Below, in pieces: positions 59,211 through 64,000 of a DNA stretch of 64,000 nt. This DNA is from Macrostomum hystrix. Its lineage: Eukaryota; Animalia; Platyhelminthes. The first letter of the stretch is position 1. Each line of letters begins with the position of its first letter. The stretch covers positions 1,736,001-1,800,000 of the forward strand of contig CATNEN010000002.1 of NCBI GenBank assembly GCA_950097015.1. The letters are read 5' to 3'. The notes under the pieces are model-generated. The model searched no databases, was not told the DNA's origin, and saw only the letters and a list, made by a program, of their open reading frames with translations. Made by a program: the position numbers and the translations under genes.

Positions 59211-60849
59211 TCAGTTGTGGATTGTTTTTAGCGATTTTTGTGTCATCTCGCGCATTAGCCAGTCAAATAAAGGCTGGACGAAAATTGATCGTGAATAAGG
59301 TGTCAAAGCCATAGACACAAAGCGTTTTCTACTAGTTTCGAACTTCTGACATCTCCGTCAGTCAGTCAGCTCTAGCCACTCATCCACGAATGCTCTAACA
59401 ACCCTACTTTAATGTTGGATATTTGGCTAGCTTATTGTAAGTATAAAATGAAGGAGACCATTACTAATAAGGTTTATAGTTATTATTAGTAGCTAATCTT
59501 AGCTTGAATTTAGGGGGTCGCTTGGCTAGTCGTCTATACTAAACTGTTGACATCTTAATCTGCTCTGTAATTTTTCAGGAATCTAGCTTCATGATATAAA
59601 ATACTATTATAATTCTTTAATTTCCCATATTCCGAGTTAACAATTTTCTTTCTATTATTTAATACTTTTGATGCGAAAGTACTTGCAACCAAATTATATT
59701 TGTAACTGACAGTATTTCATAACTCACGCATGCAAAATGTACGAGTAGTTTCTTTTCTAATCGCTATTCTTTCTTTGCTTTTAGTTTTTTTGCTAACAAA
59801 TTGCGAGGCTCAGTTATTTATTATGAAGAAATTAACTTTTGTCTCTGGTTAGTAATTTCAAATAAATTACTAACAAATGGGTAGGTCCATACAACACTCG
59901 ACTCCGATTGGCCAGAAGAGCTATTGCTATTTTTAGCGACGGTTTTATCTAGGGAATCCCTCTTTTCCTCGCCACTAACAGAGTCAGGTGACTTGTCTTG
60001 GTCAATGAAAATGAAACGCCTGACTTATCGAGCTGCGATTCCTTTTAAAGTTACTTTTCTAATACGCCAGCAAATTATGTAATGCAATTATCTTATTATC
60101 TGTTATTATACTTTCTTTGCCATAATCTTCATTTTTGGCACAGTACACCCACATGCATGAGTTTCCTAATTCGGAATGCACTCCAACCCAATTCACCAAC
60201 GGCACAACTGCTGACACTAATCTCCTCCTTTGTTTTGTTTCATTGTTCTGAATTTAGCCTACTTGTTTAACGTTAGTTTATATTGCATATTTGCTTGCGT
60301 CTATATAGTTTTATACACTTTAGGGATAAAGTTCAGCTGAGAATATTGCTGCTTAAACTATGCGCATTATTAAATTACATTGATTGCTCTTCACAAGTCT
60401 ATCTAGTCCCGTTCTTCTGTCATGCTAGCCGCAATTATGAAATGCGAAGTTAACAAAAAGATAAACAGTTCAGCTACTCTACTTGTGAGTAGCCAGTCTT
60501 GTATTAAGTTGTTCTTTTTTTGTCCGTGTTGAGATGAGTCACGTGACCGATTGGAATTAGCTAAAGAGAAATCTAGGAAAAAACGAATAACTCAACTTAT
60601 TAGTGTAAACTGTCATTTCGTATTGTTTTTAGCTCGATATTTTTAAAATGAACAAAATATAATAGTTCCAACAAGTATATTTTTCAGCGTACCCATTTAA
60701 AAAACTCTACTTCCCGCTAGAAAAATAATAGCGGGAGGTTTAGGTAGGTTTAGGTAAGAGGCATTTAGGACACAATTTTTGCCACCTGTAATGGCGCTGA
60801 TGCTAATAGACAATTGTTCCACTCCGTATAAACGTTTCACCCACTGATT

Positions 60850-61285
60850 GCTGATTGGCTGAGCAGCTCCAACCGATCGCCGATTGGCTGAGAGACTCTA
60901 ACGAATCGCTGATTGGCTACGCCATTCTAACGAATCGCTGATTGACTAAGCAACTCTTACTAATCGCTAATTAGCTGAGCAGCTCCAACCGATCGCCGAT
61001 TGGCTGAGAGACTCTTACAAATCGCTGATTGGCTACGCCATTCTAACGAATCGCTGATTGACTAAGCAACTCTTACTAATCGCTAATTAGCTGAGCAGCT
61101 CCAACCGATCGCCGATTGGCTGAGAGACTCTTACAAATCGCTGATTGGCTACGCCATTCTAACGAATCGCTGATTGACTAAGCAACTCTTACTAATCGCT
61201 AATTAGCTGAGCAGCTCCAACCGATCGCCGATTGGCTGAGACTCTTAAAAATCGCTGATTGGCTACGCCATTCTAACGAATCGCT
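60850..61285. repeat. 29-bp monomer / 116-bp higher-order repeat bearing inverted CCAAT (Y-box-like) motifs
   Basis: aatcgctgattggctac recurs at 60904, 61020 and 61136 (period 116 = 4 x 29). Confidence 0.9.
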
Positions 61286-62274
61286 CAGAAGCCATGCAAC
61301 CACTAGCTATAATTATTGGTTTAGACAAACTTAACTATTAAGAATCTCATGCCGTACAATTTACTAAAACTTTTACTTTTAAAAGTTAGTGAAACACAAA
61401 TATGCGAGCAGTTTACGGCGAAATAAAAAAAATTAAACCCCACGAAATGCCAAACAGCATCACCAGAAGCGAAAAATGAACATATCTAAATTCAATTGTT
61501 TAGAACAAAACAAAGCTAATTCAATACCAAATAATCTGACACCTAAAAAACAAAAAACTAAAAGAGTGCAAAAACACAATGTGAGATTTTGTGATCGCTC
61601 TGTGATCCATTAACCGGATAATAATTTACGCGAGACAAAAATACATAACAACAATGGCCGAAGCAAAGACAGATCGGCAGCCAACATTGCATGCCGAGAA
61701 AACTAAGATACTTTGCAAAATGTCAGCTGGATAAAGACTAAAAACATACAGGATACATACTACTTAATCGAGTAGCTATACGAGTAGTACATATAGTAGT
61801 TTTAGCTGCGTAAGTAGTGTGATTAGAGTACAGCATCTTATAATACAATAATGATTTCGCAAAGGAATGTTCAAATTTTATTCAAGATGGCACTTTTGGA
61901 GAATTCCACTGTCATTGTAACATTGCTATTAAATATAAGTTACTCTGCTGTCTTAGTGAGAAGGAAAAGCTGAGTATGAACTGTGTTTTATAGAACAACT
62001 CTATGACATAGTGTTTGAGTACAACGGAAAATGCCACGATAAAAATGATTTTATCATAAACAAAAAGGGGAGGGTAGGGTGTGTATAACTAAAACAGAAC
62101 TTATTTACACTGTCAGCATATGACAGCTTTCAGCCAAGGCAGTTGCGGTGCAAATTAAAATGTTACAAAAGTCGACCAATTTACTCTATAAATCCCAAAA
62201 TAAGGATTGTAGAATAACAACGTTAAAATCACAGATTGACTATTTAATTTCACGTCAAATAAATCCAAACCCAA

Positions 62275-63355
62275 GACTACTAAGATCCCATCTAAATCAT
62301 TTCAAAATCAAAATCCCCATCACAAGGATTCAGATCCCGTCTCAAAAAAATCCCAAATCCAGATCCCATCTTAACAAATCTGAAATTCAGATCCCGTCTC
62401 AAAAAATACCAAATCCAGATCCCGTCTTAACAAATCTGAAATTCAGATCCCGTCTTAATAAATCCTAAATCCAGATCCCATCTTAACAAATCTGAAATTC
62501 AGATCCCGTCTCAATAAATCCCAAATCCAGATCCCGTCTTAACAAATCTGAAATTCAGATCCCGTCTCAATAAATCCTAAATCCAGATCCCATCTTAACA
62601 AATCTGAAATTCAGATCCCGTCTCAAAAAATCCCAAATCCAGATCCCGTCTTAACAAATCTGAAATTCAGATCCCGTCTCAAAAAATCCCAAATCCAGAT
62701 CCCGTCTTAACAAATCTGAAATTCAGATCCCGTCTCAATAAATCCCAAATCCAGATCCCATCTTAACAAATCTGAAATTCAGATCCCGTCTCAATAAATC
62801 CCAAATCCAGATCCCATCTTAACAAATCTGAAATTCAGATCCCGTCTCAAAAAATCCCAAATCCAGATCCCGTCTTAACAAATCTGAAATTCAGATCCCG
62901 TCTCAAAAAATCCCAAATCCAGATCCCGTCTTAACAAATCTGAAATTCAGATCCCGTCTCAATAAATCCTAAATCCAGATCCCATCTTAACAAATCTGAA
63001 ATTCAGATCCAGTCTCAATAAATCCTAAATCCAGATCCCGTCTTAACAAATCTGAAATTCAGATCCCGTCTCAATAAATCCCAAATCCAGATCCCGTCTT
63101 AACAAATCTGAAATTCAGATCCCGTCTCAATAAATCCTAAATCCAGATCCCATCTCAACTAATCTTAAATTCAGATCCCATCTCAACAAATTTCAAATTC
63201 AGATCCCATCTCAACAAATCTCAAATTCAGATCCCATCTCAATAAATCCTAAAGCCAGATCCCATCTCAACAAATCTCAATTTCAGATCCCATCTCAATA
63301 AATCCTAAAGCCAGATCCCATCTCAATAAATCCTAAATCCAGATCCCATCTCACC
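62275..63355. repeat. 28-bp monomer / 56-bp dimer satellite
   Basis: Alternating aaatccagatcccatcttaacaaatctg and aaattcagatcccgtctcaataaatcct. Confidence 0.95.
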
Positions 63356-63473
63356 CATCAGTCAGATCTTTCTATACTGTTCAAGAAACTAGCATAGATC
63401 TGGTTAGGAACAATTGTTAAATCTAACTGTCTATGCAGGATAACCGATAACAGGTTCAGCCATAGAGTATTGC

Positions 63474-63752
63474 TCAAGTGATGGAAACTGTTGTAGGCTG
63501 ATAAACTGGATCGGCGCCCAGCCTCAGCTGTTGAGTGGTCCTCTGCAGAGTGTCCTCCTCCGCCAAGATGGCGCTTGCCTCGGCTGCCTCCGCCTCCAGG
63601 CTGGTGTCGTCTTTGAATCGGCTGAACAGCCGCTGTACGGCCAGCGAGTGCCGGGCGGCTCGGAGGGCGCGGCGTCTGCAGTGGCGACGCAAAACGACAA
63701 AAGCTGCGAGCAGGAAGATGACACCCAGCAGGCAGGCCAGTGATATGAAAAC
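63474..63752 (-). CDS. Terminal exon of a single-pass type I membrane protein (TM plus short cytoplasmic tail); gene continues beyond the window
   Basis: Acceptor ttctgcag at 63753-63760, then VFISLACLLGVIFLLAAFVVL (TM), RRHCRRR (stop-transfer) and a tail ending PTTVSIT*. Confidence 0.75.
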   Translation of the reverse strand, partial: VFISLACLLGVIFLLAAFVVLRRHCRRRALRAARHSLAVQRLFSRFKDDTSLEAEAAEASAILAEEDTLQRTTQQLRLGADPVYQPTTVSIT

Positions 63753-63829
63753 CTGCAGAACAGTGAGGGTCGGAGATGCGATTCACTTTTTAGCTAATGT
63801 ATCTAGGGAATAACATCTGATACATCTAG

Positions 63830-64000
63830 AGAAAAATAGTTAATAGATCTGAGGAACTATCTTTATAGATCTATGGAACAATAGTTGATAGATCTAAGGA
63901 ACTATCTTTATAGATCTATGGAACAATAGTTGATAGATCTAAGGAACTATCTTTATAGACTAAGGGAACAATAGTTGATGGATCTAAGGAACTATCTTTA
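63830..64000. repeat. 45-bp intronic minisatellite
   Basis: aatagttgatagatctaaggaactatctttatagatctatggaac with period 45; runs off the window end. Confidence 0.9.

Overview
Eukaryotic (metazoan) genomic DNA with short GT-AG introns, SINEs and many minisatellites. The overall style suggests a free-living flatworm such as Macrostomum, but this is an inference. Genes in order: (1) a ~2,100-aa DUF4062-NACHT-degenerate-WD protein that appears to end in a Dpy-30/DYDC motif (+); (2) SAYSD1 (-); (3) a POU6-class factor (-); (4) a two-pore K+ channel with non-canonical filters (+); (5) two SLC16/MCT-like MFS transporters (+) within a scrambled tandem duplication that also holds a K2P remnant and a Ty3/Gypsy gag carrying a captured MFS fragment; (6) an ankyrin-repeat Mab-21/cGAS-like nucleotidyltransferase with intact catalytic motifs and one in-frame TAG (+); (7) CRELD1 (+); (8) the last exon of a type I membrane protein (-). 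Mobile DNA includes two tRNA-derived SINE families (one CORE-type), LINE and Gypsy remnants, and fold-back/MITE-like elements. The most interesting signals are the ankyrin-cGLR, the NACHT-Dpy-30 architecture, two local templated insertions with microhomology junctions, a SINE whose target-site duplication recreated a splice acceptor, and a K2P lacking both filter threonines. Exon models were built by hand. Coordinates of repeats and TE remnants are approximate.
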